From positions 29,728 to 93,727 of the forward strand of contig JAJYHZ010000002.1 of assembly GCA_021796335.1 (NCBI GenBank): a stretch of 64,000 bases of DNA. Reading direction: 5' to 3'. The DNA is from a bacterium. Lineage in GTDB: Bacteria; Patescibacteriota; Minisyncoccia; UBA6257; UBA9933. The position numbers and the translations under genes were made by a program. This document shows positions 10,453 through 20,738 of this stretch, piece after piece. Numbering within the stretch: position 1 is the stretch's first letter; every line of letters starts with the position of its first letter. The notes under the pieces were generated by a model. It did not search any database. It saw only the letters and a program-made list of their open reading frames with translations, and was not told the DNA's origin.

Positions 10453-10943
10453 TTTTGTCTTTTGAATTTTTCCTCGACCTTTTCTTGATTATGATAAATT
10501 ATCCTATTTATAAAGTTTTATTGCAAGAATTATCGGGTAACCGAAATTGGGTTGGTAACTTCTCCGGTTGCGCCAACAGTCGTTCTCCTGGTAGTCGGAT
10601 CGTAAACCACGCTGTATCCTGTCGCAGTCGAAGTTCCGGTTGACGGATCCATGGGCATGACGGAGATATATGTCGGAACAATACACGGCTCTATATTATA
10701 ATTATTTGCTCCGCTTCCCAATTCCATTGTGGTGGTAGGTAATGCGCCTGCTCCGCAGGTGAAATTACCGTGATTGTCAACCATATTCTGGCCGATAGCA
10801 TTCAAGATCGAGTTAACATTGCTCCATCTCTGCGTATCGCGCGCCTGGGCAAACTGCCTTGCCGGGTTAATGGCAACAATGACGACACCCGCCAAAATGG
10901 CGATGATACCGATAACAACCAACAATTCGATCAATGTAAAACC
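10034..10943. repeat. 407-bp direct repeat (10034-10440 = 10537-10943) covering the mature pilin coding region
   Basis: No differences found by eye; offset 503 bp; translations identical. Confidence 0.9.
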
Positions 10944-11003
10944 CGCGTCCGAATAACGCCCTACGGATGCGCCCATCAGAATTTTATTTTTAAATTTCGT
11001 CAT
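10530..11003 (-). CDS. Type IV pilin, copy 2 (longer leader; start probably 11003)
   Basis: AG|FTLIELLVVIGII; mature region identical to copy 1. Confidence 0.9.
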   Translation of the reverse strand: MTKFKNKILMGASVGRYSDAGFTLIELLVVIGIIAILAGVVIVAINPARQFAQARDTQRWSNVNSILNAIGQNMVDNHGNFTCGAGALPTTTMELGSGANNYNIEPCIVPTYISVMPMDPSTGTSTATGYSVVYDPTTRRTTVGATGEVTNPISVTR

Positions 11004-11200
11004 ATCACTAATATTCGCAAATCTGATTACGAATTTCACCAATCATAAATATATTTCTATCTTGTGATTATTTGTGTTTAATTCGCGTAGATTCGATAAT
11101 GCGTTTGCCGACTTTTATTTCCATTGAAATAAATTATCTTATTTATGAAAAATTATTGCAACTGCCTTGATTCCATTTACTGACAAATTTCTGCAAACCC

Positions 11201-11226
11201 AAATATTGAACGATCGTTCAATATTT
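11201..11226. repeat. CGATCG-core palindrome
   Basis: aaatattgaa-cgatcg-ttcaatattt. Confidence 0.85.
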
Positions 11227-11295
11227 AGATCGATTATTCACATTTACAAAAATGTAAATATACGCCTGCATAAATGAAATGGATAATCTCTTTAT

Positions 11296-12789
11296 TTATT
11301 TTAATTCGTCCCAGGAAATTATTTGGTACGTAGTCGATGTCAGCGGAAAATCGGGCGGCGGATTATACAGCAAATTAGAATCGTAAGTGATATTCCTGTT
11401 CTGATACCCGGTTCCGTCAGTGTAAGCGAATCCGTAACGCTGGTTGGACATAATCATGCCGTAAAGATTGATAGTCGATCTGATTGCGTATGGATTGCAC
11501 CTCGGTTGATTATTATATCCGGCTCTGTAGTAAAATCTCCCCACTCTTCCGTTTTGCGCAACTAAAGCGCCGTCTATGGTAAGCGTATCGGCGCTTTGCA
11601 GACCGACATCTATATCACCCTGAGATATCAAACCAAGAGAATCCTGGCCGTTAAAGTTGGAGTACAGCAGGTTGTTATTAATAATAATCTGCGGCCATTT
11701 TGCAGAATTTTCCGGAAAACGGGCAACGCCGATTGTAAGCCGGGCATTATTAATCTGTCCTTCCACCCAAAGATTATCTTCAACGAAAATTAAATTATCG
11801 GCGGGGAAATTATAATTTTTGACGAATTGCTCGCTTTTAATAGTCCACGTTCCCCAGTTTTGTTCTCCCAAAACACTGACGCAACCATTAGGCGAACTGA
11901 GAACGGAATTAACTTTGTATAAATCAAAAGTTCCGTCTGTTTTAAAAATTATATGATAGCCCTGGGCATTGGAGGGGCCGATGTAAATCCCGTTTGACTG
12001 GGCATCTGATTTCATCTGATTGAGATTGCTGGTTATGCCCGTAAAATCAACCGCGGGAACGGGAAATTGGCGGCCGGCCATAAAAACATCCGATCTGTTC
12101 ATAACGGGATTAGGCGGAGCTTCCAGCGGCCTGAAGGTGTCATTTTCTCCGGTCAACGGCGGAATATTAACATGAGTATGGACTCCAAACTCTTGGTTGC
12201 CCGAGTGATCCGGATCATTGTAGGCGGATAAAGCGCTGGAAACTATGTTATGTGCAAGGCCGTCGAAACGGATTCCGCCATTGGAGTAAATAGGACCGAA
12301 TACCTCCGTCCCCTGACCAAAGCGTATGTCCGAATTGGAAACTGTCGCATATTGCGCGAAAGAAGGAATCCCCATTTTCACCTGAATGATTTTTGAAACA
12401 GTCGGATCAGCGGTAACCGTGCCGGTTGATTTGATAATTACCAGAGTCGAACCTTGCGGCGGCGGAGTTATATCCAAACTGAATTGCCCTATCAAATTTC
12501 CACTTTTATCATAGTAGCTATGAATATAAGGTCCGGGATGGCCTGTGCCGTCTTGAAAATCCTGCGGCGCATGAGCCAAATGCCATCTGTAATATTCAAC
12601 GCCCGCTTCGGATATTTCAAAAGCCTGTTCATTATTCTCGTTGCGGACTGCGGCATTTATCATAGTGTTCGCCCACAACAGAAACCCGGAAAGCAAAATT
12701 ATCGCCAAAGCGCCGTAAAGTAAAATTTGGACGGAAAGCTGACCGTGAATAGTTTTTAGTTTACAGTTTTTAGATGTCAGGTTATTCAT
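11296..12789 (-). CDS. PilX-like minor pilin
   Basis: HG|QLSVQILL, QAFEISEAGVEYYRWHL, final ISWDEL. Confidence 0.75.
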   Translation of the reverse strand: MNNLTSKNCKLKTIHGQLSVQILLYGALAIILLSGFLLWANTMINAAVRNENNEQAFEISEAGVEYYRWHLAHAPQDFQDGTGHPGPYIHSYYDKSGNLIGQFSLDITPPPQGSTLVIIKSTGTVTADPTVSKIIQVKMGIPSFAQYATVSNSDIRFGQGTEVFGPIYSNGGIRFDGLAHNIVSSALSAYNDPDHSGNQEFGVHTHVNIPPLTGENDTFRPLEAPPNPVMNRSDVFMAGRQFPVPAVDFTGITSNLNQMKSDAQSNGIYIGPSNAQGYHIIFKTDGTFDLYKVNSVLSSPNGCVSVLGEQNWGTWTIKSEQFVKNYNFPADNLIFVEDNLWVEGQINNARLTIGVARFPENSAKWPQIIINNNLLYSNFNGQDSLGLISQGDIDVGLQSADTLTIDGALVAQNGRVGRFYYRAGYNNQPRCNPYAIRSTINLYGMIMSNQRYGFAYTDGTGYQNRNITYDSNLLYNPPPDFPLTSTTYQIISWDELK

Positions 12790-13434
12790 TTAATCGTTTG
12801 TTCTTAAATTTCTCGGAGTGACGGAAGTGAAAAAAATTTCCGGAGCGGTTTGATTCGGCTCTTGGGCAATTAATCGTATCGAGACGGTTCTGATATTGGA
12901 AATGTTTATCGGATACGCCATCGGCGGCTCGCTACCATCATAACCAGAATCGTAATAAGTAAAAATACTGGATGTGCCCATCGCCATATTGTGAACCATT
13001 TCAGAAATTTGTTCGGAATTCGGATCGTAAACAAGCGGATTGCCCGCGGGCTTAATTACGCCTTTTTTAAATGTAGTGCCGTCCAAAAAATACCTGACCT
13101 GATCCGGAACTCCGTCTCCGTCAATGTCGCTGAAAAAAGTGATTGAACTTGTGGAAACTTGCGCTATGGCATACGCGCCGAGGCCGGACGATTCCATGGG
13201 ACGCATTTCCGACGCCATCGTCTCAAGAGTCTGCTGGGCTTCTTGTTGAGTTTCAAAACTTTGTGCCAAAGAAAGGCTGAAAGTCGAAATATTCGCGGAA
13301 AGAAGGAAAATCACGGCAATAATAACGACGAAAATAGCCGCGCTGACCAAAATTTCGATTAAAGTAAAACCTTTGGAATCAGAATTTGAAATACAAAATA
13401 TAGGATTTAGAGGTTTATGACATTTAATTTTCAT
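12790..13434 (-). CDS. PilW/PulJ-like minor pilin
   Basis: KG|FTLIEILV, MASEMR, C-terminal VTPRNL. Confidence 0.8.
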   Translation of the reverse strand: MKIKCHKPLNPIFCISNSDSKGFTLIEILVSAAIFVVIIAVIFLLSANISTFSLSLAQSFETQQEAQQTLETMASEMRPMESSGLGAYAIAQVSTSSITFFSDIDGDGVPDQVRYFLDGTTFKKGVIKPAGNPLVYDPNSEQISEMVHNMAMGTSSIFTYYDSGYDGSEPPMAYPINISNIRTVSIRLIAQEPNQTAPEIFFTSVTPRNLRTND

Positions 13435-15118
13435 TTTGAGGCAAAGATTTTTTCTTCAGCGACTTGAAAATCAAAGCGCCAGCGACCAGCATAACGCCGA
13501 AGCCGACAATATAATAAATCAACGCCATAGGAAGCGATCCGCTCGCAACGCGCTGTTTATCGGGAATGGAAAACGATTTTGCGGAAGCAACTTTTTTATA
13601 AGCATTATTTCCTATTTTTTTATAAACTATCGCGTAATAATTTCCGGGTTTTAAATCGGCGGCGGCGGTGTAGTCGGCCGAGCCGGCGGAAATCTGTTTT
13701 ATTAGCTGACTTTTTGAATTAAAGATATCAATTCGAAATCCCTGATTCGATTCCGCGGAAGACGGCCAAGAAATCACGGCTGAGCTGTTTGAAGAACCGG
13801 AGCCGCTTCCGTTATTCGTGCTTATATTCAAATTCGGCGCCTGGCTTGATTGAGTTTGGGTGGCGGTAGCGGTTTGACTCGTTTGAGAAATTTGGCCGGT
13901 TTGATTGTTATCAGTAAAAGCCTGGGGATTGATCAACGAACCTTGAAGCGTATTAAAATTTAAGTATGCCTCCGCAAAATCGCCGGACGGATCGATGGAA
14001 ACAATCATAGCGACGTATTTAGTATCCGAACTCAAAACGTTTTCAGTAATAAGCAAATGCTCTAGTTCGTAAGTTTCATCGCCGACACTGGTAAGGGTTT
14101 GAGAACCCGGCTTATCCAGCCTAATCAACAAACTGGAGTTGGCGGCTTCGTTTGTTTCCCAGGAAATTTCCACGGAGCTGGTGCTTAAGGCGACAATCTG
14201 AGGATTGGAGATTGCGAGCTGAATCGCCGTGGAAGTGCTTTCATTGTTCGGCGCAGTAGATGAAGTCGTCGAGGCACTAGGCTGCCAGCCGGGCGAACTA
14301 ATGAAGGAACCTACGTAGCTTCCTTCATTTCCCCAATTGTCTTTTACAAAAAGCTGAAAAACATACGCGACATTAGGCATGACGGACAAATCCATACTAC
14401 ATGTTCCTAATCCGTACTGGCAGGTAAAATAATTCCCCGAATAATTCGTACTTTGAACAGCACTTTGATTTTCAAGCGGCCAATAAGAAATTTTATAATC
14501 AGCCGGCTCATTGGTATTGAAATTAATTCTGACGTCATTGGAATCCAAAACCGAAGGAATGACATTGGAAAGAATCGGAGCGGAAACATCGCCTGTTTCA
14601 TAAAGGGAGAAATTAAAAGTATAAGGCTGTTCATTCGAACCGAGATAAACCGGACCGATTTGCTTGTCTAAAGTATCGTTCGAATTCTGAACCTGTAATT
14701 GGACCATGTCGGTGTAATAAATTCTCAACTGAGGCATGGAACTTTTAATTTCGATTTTATAAGTTTGGTCGCTTGCAACCTTAACGGGAGAATTCAGTTC
14801 TACGTGAAATCTTTGGCCGCCCCAAGTTGTCGGAGCTATATACGGAACGGTTATTGTTTTAGAAGAAAGGATGTTATCACTATCATCAAGCAGAATAAAA
14901 GTTGCCTGTCCCGAAGAACTGGTATTCGCCAGAAAGAAATCAAATCCGCTCAAATAATCGTCGAATGGAATAAAAGTCTGATAAGGTGTTTGAGCCGAGG
15001 CTACAAACAAATAATCCGAAGTATACGGATTGTATTCATAATATTTCAATTCCGCGGCGGATGATAAGACCGGGATCGAAATTAAAATAAATAAAGTTAT
15101 AAAAATTTTTTTGGCCAT
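13424..15118 (-). CDS. Secreted FN3-like repeat protein with C-terminal membrane anchor
   Basis: Signal peptide; repeated I.(F/W).TNE.A motifs; C-terminal TM and KKK. Confidence 0.6.
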   Translation of the reverse strand: MAKKIFITLFILISIPVLSSAAELKYYEYNPYTSDYLFVASAQTPYQTFIPFDDYLSGFDFFLANTSSSGQATFILLDDSDNILSSKTITVPYIAPTTWGGQRFHVELNSPVKVASDQTYKIEIKSSMPQLRIYYTDMVQLQVQNSNDTLDKQIGPVYLGSNEQPYTFNFSLYETGDVSAPILSNVIPSVLDSNDVRINFNTNEPADYKISYWPLENQSAVQSTNYSGNYFTCQYGLGTCSMDLSVMPNVAYVFQLFVKDNWGNEGSYVGSFISSPGWQPSASTTSSTAPNNESTSTAIQLAISNPQIVALSTSSVEISWETNEAANSSLLIRLDKPGSQTLTSVGDETYELEHLLITENVLSSDTKYVAMIVSIDPSGDFAEAYLNFNTLQGSLINPQAFTDNNQTGQISQTSQTATATQTQSSQAPNLNISTNNGSGSGSSNSSAVISWPSSAESNQGFRIDIFNSKSQLIKQISAGSADYTAAADLKPGNYYAIVYKKIGNNAYKKVASAKSFSIPDKQRVASGSLPMALIYYIVGFGVMLVAGALIFKSLKKKSLPQNEN

Positions 15119-16965
15119 TATTGCGTAAGCTGCACGTTATATTGCATCCAATTGTTGGAAATGTAAACAGAAGGATTGTTGAAAGTCTGATAGCCGGATT
15201 TTTGGACAGTCAAAGAATAACTGCCTGAAGCCAATCCGCTGAAAAACGCCTGACCGTCGGGAACGCAACCGGAAGAAAAATTTATTTTCGTATCGGCCAA
15301 TGAAGGAGTATAGCCGGCATCTTGGGTTTGCAGATAAACTTTATACCGCAAATAACGATTGCCGTTTTCGATTGAATTTATCTGAGCCCCGCTTGTCGAG
15401 TAATAAGTGTTTGGCGTTCCGTCAGGCCCGACAAAATTCCAAGTGGCGTTGTCGTTGTTTGCGGCGATTTGAAATTGCAAACTCTGCGATCCGGTTTGCA
15501 ACGGTTGGTTTTGCGGATCCCATTCGATATCGTCAAAAGTCGTGTTGGAAGATCCCAGATCAAAGGTGTTCGAAATCAGCCACTGCGTACTGGTCGCATA
15601 TAATCCGTTGTTTTGCGCCAGTGTAATTATTCCGGGAGTCGAAGTGGCATCGATATTGCCGCTTTGGGAATTGTAAGAAGACCCGTTCGACCAATCGGTC
15701 TGAGAAATATTATATCTGCCGGTGTATAAATTCTGGTTAAAACCTCCGCTTAAAAGCGAAACTTCGGCATCATTGACCGGGTTGCCGCTCTGATCTTCGA
15801 CCGTAACCAGAAGTTCCTGAGGTTTTTTAGGCGCCATAATCAAGCTTAAATTGCTCGACGTATTCGGGTTTACGGCCAGCGGCAACAGCGGAATGGAACC
15901 GGCAATATCATAATTGGAATCCTGGCTAAATAAGCTATAAGAATCCCATTCCAGATTATTAGTCGAATAGGCGCCCAACGAATCCGTAGTGAATGAATTT
16001 GAATATTTCAAGACATTCGGATTTGTTCCTATTAATTTCGTCCCCCCTTGAAGCAAGCTGACACTCGGGATCGGTGAACAAAAATAATCATTGGTTTTTA
16101 AAGATAAAGAACTTACTTTATCAATGGCAAAACTGATGGTCGTAATCTGCTGGGAAGCAACAGTGGCATCCGGTTTGACCGGATTGGGATTTGAAGCGCC
16201 GCCCGGCGGATAAGTCTGATCGGACGAATAGCCGGATTTGTTTACCGAAATCGAATATGACGCCGTGCTTGTCGGAATATCAATCAACTGTAAAACGCCA
16301 TCATTATTAGTGGTGTCATTTATGGAGATTGCCGGATTCAAGCTGCCGTTATAAACATGGACGTTGGCGTTGCTGACGGGATTGCCAGAAGCATCAATGA
16401 CATTAACGAAAAGCGAACCGTTTTGGGAAGAAGTCTCCAGGCCCTTGGGAGCGACTGTCGTAGTCATGGTAAAAGGAACGAAATTGGAATTCATACAAGT
16501 CTGGCAACTGATCTGAAATTCAACCATTTTATAATCCGCTGGAGAAGTGTCGGTCGGAGCAAGGCCGTCAAAAGGATCGTCGATATTGCGCACAGTCGCG
16601 GAAACCAAATAATTGTTTCCGGCGAAAGAAACGGTTGTCGTGGCCGGTATTTTTCCCGGTGGATAACCGCCCATGATTCCGACATCCTGATAGTTCATAT
16701 CGCGGATAATTTCGATTTGATTCTGCAAAACCGAGACAGCATCGAACCGCGTTTCATTTTTGGAAGAAATCTGTAATACGTCAGAAAATGCCATAAAAAC
16801 CGCATAAGAAATCAGTAAGAACAAACCCGTAGCAACCAGAACTTCAATAAGGGTGAAGCCTTTGCCATTATTGTAAGATTGCAAGATTGAAAAATTGAAA
16901 GATTTTATTTTTTCTTTTATTCTGCGCATTTTAAAAATCTGCAATTTGCAATCCGCGATTTGCAA
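15118..16965 (-). CDS. Prepilin-type (PilV-like) protein with carboxypeptidase-regulatory-like domains
   Basis: KG|FTLIEVLV; GSLFVNVIDASGNPVSNANV-type repeats; start may be downstream (MRRIK). Confidence 0.75.
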   Translation of the reverse strand: MQIADCKLQIFKMRRIKEKIKSFNFSILQSYNNGKGFTLIEVLVATGLFLLISYAVFMAFSDVLQISSKNETRFDAVSVLQNQIEIIRDMNYQDVGIMGGYPPGKIPATTTVSFAGNNYLVSATVRNIDDPFDGLAPTDTSPADYKMVEFQISCQTCMNSNFVPFTMTTTVAPKGLETSSQNGSLFVNVIDASGNPVSNANVHVYNGSLNPAISINDTTNNDGVLQLIDIPTSTASYSISVNKSGYSSDQTYPPGGASNPNPVKPDATVASQQITTISFAIDKVSSLSLKTNDYFCSPIPSVSLLQGGTKLIGTNPNVLKYSNSFTTDSLGAYSTNNLEWDSYSLFSQDSNYDIAGSIPLLPLAVNPNTSSNLSLIMAPKKPQELLVTVEDQSGNPVNDAEVSLLSGGFNQNLYTGRYNISQTDWSNGSSYNSQSGNIDATSTPGIITLAQNNGLYATSTQWLISNTFDLGSSNTTFDDIEWDPQNQPLQTGSQSLQFQIAANNDNATWNFVGPDGTPNTYYSTSGAQINSIENGNRYLRYKVYLQTQDAGYTPSLADTKINFSSGCVPDGQAFFSGLASGSYSLTVQKSGYQTFNNPSVYISNNWMQYNVQLTQ

Positions 16966-16979
16966 TTTTAAGGTTTAGT

Positions 16980-18059
16980 TTATTTAACTTTTATGTTTTG
17001 GGTAAGGCTGTAAATCGGGGTAATAATTGCCAGAACGACAAATCCCACGATTACTCCCATAACCACCAACAGTACCGGCTCCAAAATGCTGGATAAATTT
17101 TTTGTAGTTTCATCTAATTCGTTCTCATAGTACTCGGAAAGATAAAAAAGATTGGAGTCCAAATTGCCGGTTTTTTCCCCCACTTCGATCATTCTGGTCA
17201 AGGTTCCGGGGAAATATTTGGAATATCTTTCCAGGCTGCGATAAAACATTTCGCCCTTGCGGACCTCTTCCGACGCTTCTTTTAAGACTTGTTTGTAAGC
17301 GGTGTTCGCAACTATAGTAGAAGTGATGGAAATTGCCTCGACTATTTTCACTCCGTTTTTTAAAAGAAGGGCGAAAGTCCGGCTGATATTGGCCATGTTG
17401 TACGAAACCGTTATGCTGCCGACCACGGGCAGATATAAAAGAGTTTTATCATAAAACTTTTTTATTCCGGGAAGTCTCATTAAAAAAGAGAGGCCTATAA
17501 TAAAGACAAACAGACCGATAACAATATAAAGGAAATCATTCTGAAGCATATTCGAAACGCCAATCAGGATTTTAGTGGTAATTGGCAAATCGATTTTCAT
17601 AGCTAAAAAAACCGGCATGATTTTCGGCAAAATAAAAAATACCAAAGCAGCCACGACGGCAAGGGTGGCGACTAAAATGACGGCGGGGTAAATCAAAGCT
17701 GAACGGACTTTTGACCGCAATTGCTGGCTTTTTTGCAGCTCGCCGGCGAGATAATTCAGGCTTTCAGGCAAAGTCCCGCTGATTTCTCCCACTCTGATTA
17801 TGCTTACGAACAAATCGCCGAAAATATTTTTATATTGTTCCAATGCCTCGGAAAGAAGCTGTCCATTCTGAATTTTGACGATTACATCGTCAAGAATCGA
17901 CCCGAAACCGCGGCTTTTTACCTGGGATCTGATTAAGTTAATACTTTCAACTTCTGCCATTCCCGATTTAATCATCATCGAAAGATGCTTGGCAAAAAGC
18001 ATTTTTTCGGCAAGAGGAACTTTTAGAAAAAAATTGAAATTGAGATTTAAGTTTTTCAT
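16980..18059 (-). CDS. pilC: Type IV pilus platform protein (PilC/GspF)
   Basis: GEISGTL, ALIYP, MIEVGEKTGNL, LEP. Confidence 0.9.
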   Translation of the reverse strand: MKNLNLNFNFFLKVPLAEKMLFAKHLSMMIKSGMAEVESINLIRSQVKSRGFGSILDDVIVKIQNGQLLSEALEQYKNIFGDLFVSIIRVGEISGTLPESLNYLAGELQKSQQLRSKVRSALIYPAVILVATLAVVAALVFFILPKIMPVFLAMKIDLPITTKILIGVSNMLQNDFLYIVIGLFVFIIGLSFLMRLPGIKKFYDKTLLYLPVVGSITVSYNMANISRTFALLLKNGVKIVEAISITSTIVANTAYKQVLKEASEEVRKGEMFYRSLERYSKYFPGTLTRMIEVGEKTGNLDSNLFYLSEYYENELDETTKNLSSILEPVLLVVMGVIVGFVVLAIITPIYSLTQNIKVK

Positions 18060-18284
18060 TCAGCACATAACTTCTCCGATTTTCTATTGCATAAGGCGCA
18101 ATCAAACCAGGAAATTAAGATTTATTTTTAAAATTTTAATTCTCATTTATAACTATTCTTAAGAGAAGTTATGCATGGAATGAATCCCTTATATGACTTC
18201 TCTTATTTTAATTATATAAAAAGTTAAAAAAATTAATTTATAATTCCATTATAATTATTTTTAAAAAAATATGTATGAAAAATT

Positions 18285-19511
18285 TTATTCATGGATAACT
18301 CTGATAACTTCTTCGATCGTGGTGATTCCATCAACCGCTTTTTTAAAACCGTCTTCAACCATAGTGGTCATTCCTTCATGAAATGCGATTTTTTTAATAT
18401 CGGAAGCCCCTTTGCGAGTGATAATCGCTTCTCGAATGGCTTCCGTGACCTCCAAAATTTCGTAGATGCCGACACGACCGTAATAGCCGCTTCCGTTGCA
18501 TTTTTTACAACCTTTTCCATAATAAAATTTTTCTGTTTGCCTTACCAATTCCGGCGAGATTCCGGAACTGAGCAGAATTTCTAGTTCGGACATGGAATAT
18601 TTTTTTTCCGTTTTGCATTCCGTGCAAATCTTTCTTACCAAACGCTGGCCTATGGCGATATTGACGGTTGAAGCGATAAGAAAAGGCTCTACCTTCATAT
18701 CCAAAAGCCGAGGCAAGGTAGTGGCCGCGTCATTGGTATGGATTGTGGACAATAATAAGTGCCCGGTCAAGGCAGCATTAACGGCGATTGAAGCGGTTTC
18801 TTCATCGCGAATTTCACCGACCATAATAATGTTCGGATCCTGGCGCAAAATCGCGCGCAACCCGTCGGCGAAAGTAAGGCCGGTTTGATTATTGACTTGA
18901 ATTTGATCAATTCCTTCCAAGGAAAATTCGATTGGATCCTCGATTGTAATAATAGAAGTTTCCGGGGTATTCAAAACTTTCAAAATAGTGTAAAGGGAAG
19001 TCGTTTTTCCGGAACCAGTAGGACCAGTGGCAAGAATCATCCCATATGGCCTGGAAATCGCTCTTTTGACTTTGGGTAAATCATTCCCGGAAAAGCCGAG
19101 ATCTTCCAAGGTTAAGGTGTCGGCGGATTCGGTCAAAAGCCTCATGACCACGTTTTCATCATAATAAGTCGGAACTATGGAAACGCGCATGTCAAACTTT
19201 TCTTTTTTGGAAGTAATAAATTGAAAACGCCCGTCCTGCGCCATTTGATGCTCGTCGGTTCGAAGTCCGGACAGAACTTTTATGCGGCTGATAACCTCCG
19301 ACTGAATTTCTTTTGGCAGAGTAAAAGCGATATGCATAACGCCGTCAATCCGAAACCTGATATTGACGCCAGTTTCAGTCGGGTCTATATGAATATCAGA
19401 AGCCCGGGAATAGTAGGCGTCCTCTATAAGGGAATTAACGATTTTAATAATCGAAATTTCGCCTTTGGGACGAGCTAATTCCTTTTCTATGGAAAGATGG
19501 TCGAATTCCAT
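18285..19511 (-). CDS. pilB: PilB/GspE assembly ATPase, short form lacking N-terminal domain
   Basis: ASDIHIDP, GPTGSGKTT, LRQDPNIIMVGEIRD, tetracysteine motif. Confidence 0.9.
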   Translation of the reverse strand: MEFDHLSIEKELARPKGEISIIKIVNSLIEDAYYSRASDIHIDPTETGVNIRFRIDGVMHIAFTLPKEIQSEVISRIKVLSGLRTDEHQMAQDGRFQFITSKKEKFDMRVSIVPTYYDENVVMRLLTESADTLTLEDLGFSGNDLPKVKRAISRPYGMILATGPTGSGKTTSLYTILKVLNTPETSIITIEDPIEFSLEGIDQIQVNNQTGLTFADGLRAILRQDPNIIMVGEIRDEETASIAVNAALTGHLLLSTIHTNDAATTLPRLLDMKVEPFLIASTVNIAIGQRLVRKICTECKTEKKYSMSELEILLSSGISPELVRQTEKFYYGKGCKKCNGSGYYGRVGIYEILEVTEAIREAIITRKGASDIKKIAFHEGMTTMVEDGFKKAVDGITTIEEVIRVIHE

Positions 19512-19647
19512 GGTAATATATTAGCAGACTGCCGATAATATTTAAAGAAAGATTAAACTTGATTGCAAATCAAAGATTGAAAAATTAATTTCCCCAAATA
19601 ACCTTCTCAAATATTTTAATTTTCAATTTAGCAATCTTGCAATTTAA

Positions 19648-19860
19648 ATGAAAACAAAAAAAGAAATTCTGGAAGAATCATTGGACAGCGCAAAAGAAGC
19701 CATGTTGCGGATAGAAATCACCACCGAATATCTGCAAGGGCAGCATGCGAAAACAAATGACCAGCACTTGCTTCAGGAAATGGCAAAGTTAAAAGCGAAC
19801 GAAAACGAAACAAAAAGCTGGATTGAATTCCTGAACGAACAACTTAAAAAAGAAAAATAA
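19648..19860 (+). CDS. Small helical hypothetical protein
   Basis: 70 aa E/K-rich ORF between divergent and convergent genes. Confidence 0.6.
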   Translation: MKTKKEILEESLDSAKEAMLRIEITTEYLQGQHAKTNDQHLLQEMAKLKANENETKSWIEFLNEQLKKEK

Positions 19861-19935
19861 TTGCTGTCGTTTCTTCCAATAGAGTCTAATATTTTATTAA
19901 ATCGCTACGATAAAAAGAAGGCCCCGAAAGGGGCT

Positions 19936-20271
19936 TTATTTTTGATAGGGAAGTAAATCTTTATGAAATTCGTATACAAAACGGTTTGATACAGGCGCAC
20001 TATATCCAATGCCATTTTTACTTAGAAGATCTAGAATTATTTTTTCGGCGCCCTGGTGGAAAGTCACCTTGCAAGTTACGATGTAAACCGAAAAAACATT
20101 GTAATTTTTTAAGTCCAAAATCAAATGTAAAATTTCATTTTCCGGTTTTTCCTGAAACACGAAAAATTCTTGACCCTCATTAAGCGAGTAAAGAATTTTG
20201 ACCAAATCCGCATACAATGCTCTTGCAAACAGAGAACAAATAAGTCCGGGATTGTCATGAAAATCAGCCAT
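19936..20271 (-). CDS. Hypothetical protein
   Basis: SD AGGGGG, upstream TTGACT, downstream GAAA hairpin 19918-19937. Confidence 0.6.
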   Translation of the reverse strand: MADFHDNPGLICSLFARALYADLVKILYSLNEGQEFFVFQEKPENEILHLILDLKNYNVFSVYIVTCKVTFHQGAEKIILDLLSKNGIGYSAPVSNRFVYEFHKDLLPYQK

Positions 20272-20738
20272 AAACCGTTACCCCCTATGAAATTTATGAA
20301 AATGTGTTTTTGCTGTGATTAACGATAAGGAAAAAGTGAAATAAAGTCAAAACAAAAGCCGCCTTTGGAGCGACAAGCGAGAAAAATCAAGTTTATTTTA
20401 TTGATAATTAACTATGTCTACTTTTTTAAAAATTAAACCGGCAATATGTTTCCGCTTATCACATAAAAGCCTCTCTCTTCCGATTTAAGATCTATCACAC
20501 AGCTCTTTTTGTAATCTTCTGCCGCTTTTTTAGCCCAGCGACATCATCAACGAATACCATTATTTTATTGCAGGTGAATCTTTCCGTATTTCTTCATCTT
20601 TGCGAACCATTATTGTTCTCACCTCAATTTCGTATTTTTTAGAATATGTTCCGGATAAACCATACAAGGAATCAGCTTTCCAGTTAATATTATAAACTGT
20701 TGAGAATTTTTAATAAACCGGCTAATATGGATTTAATC

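Noticed and set aside
10034-10943. Diversity-generating retroelement TR/VR pair
   Set aside because: No adenine-specific mismatches seen and no reverse transcriptase in the window
20410-20620. Possible small - strand gene upstream of thrC
   Set aside because: Reading frames are broken by stops and no product is recognisable
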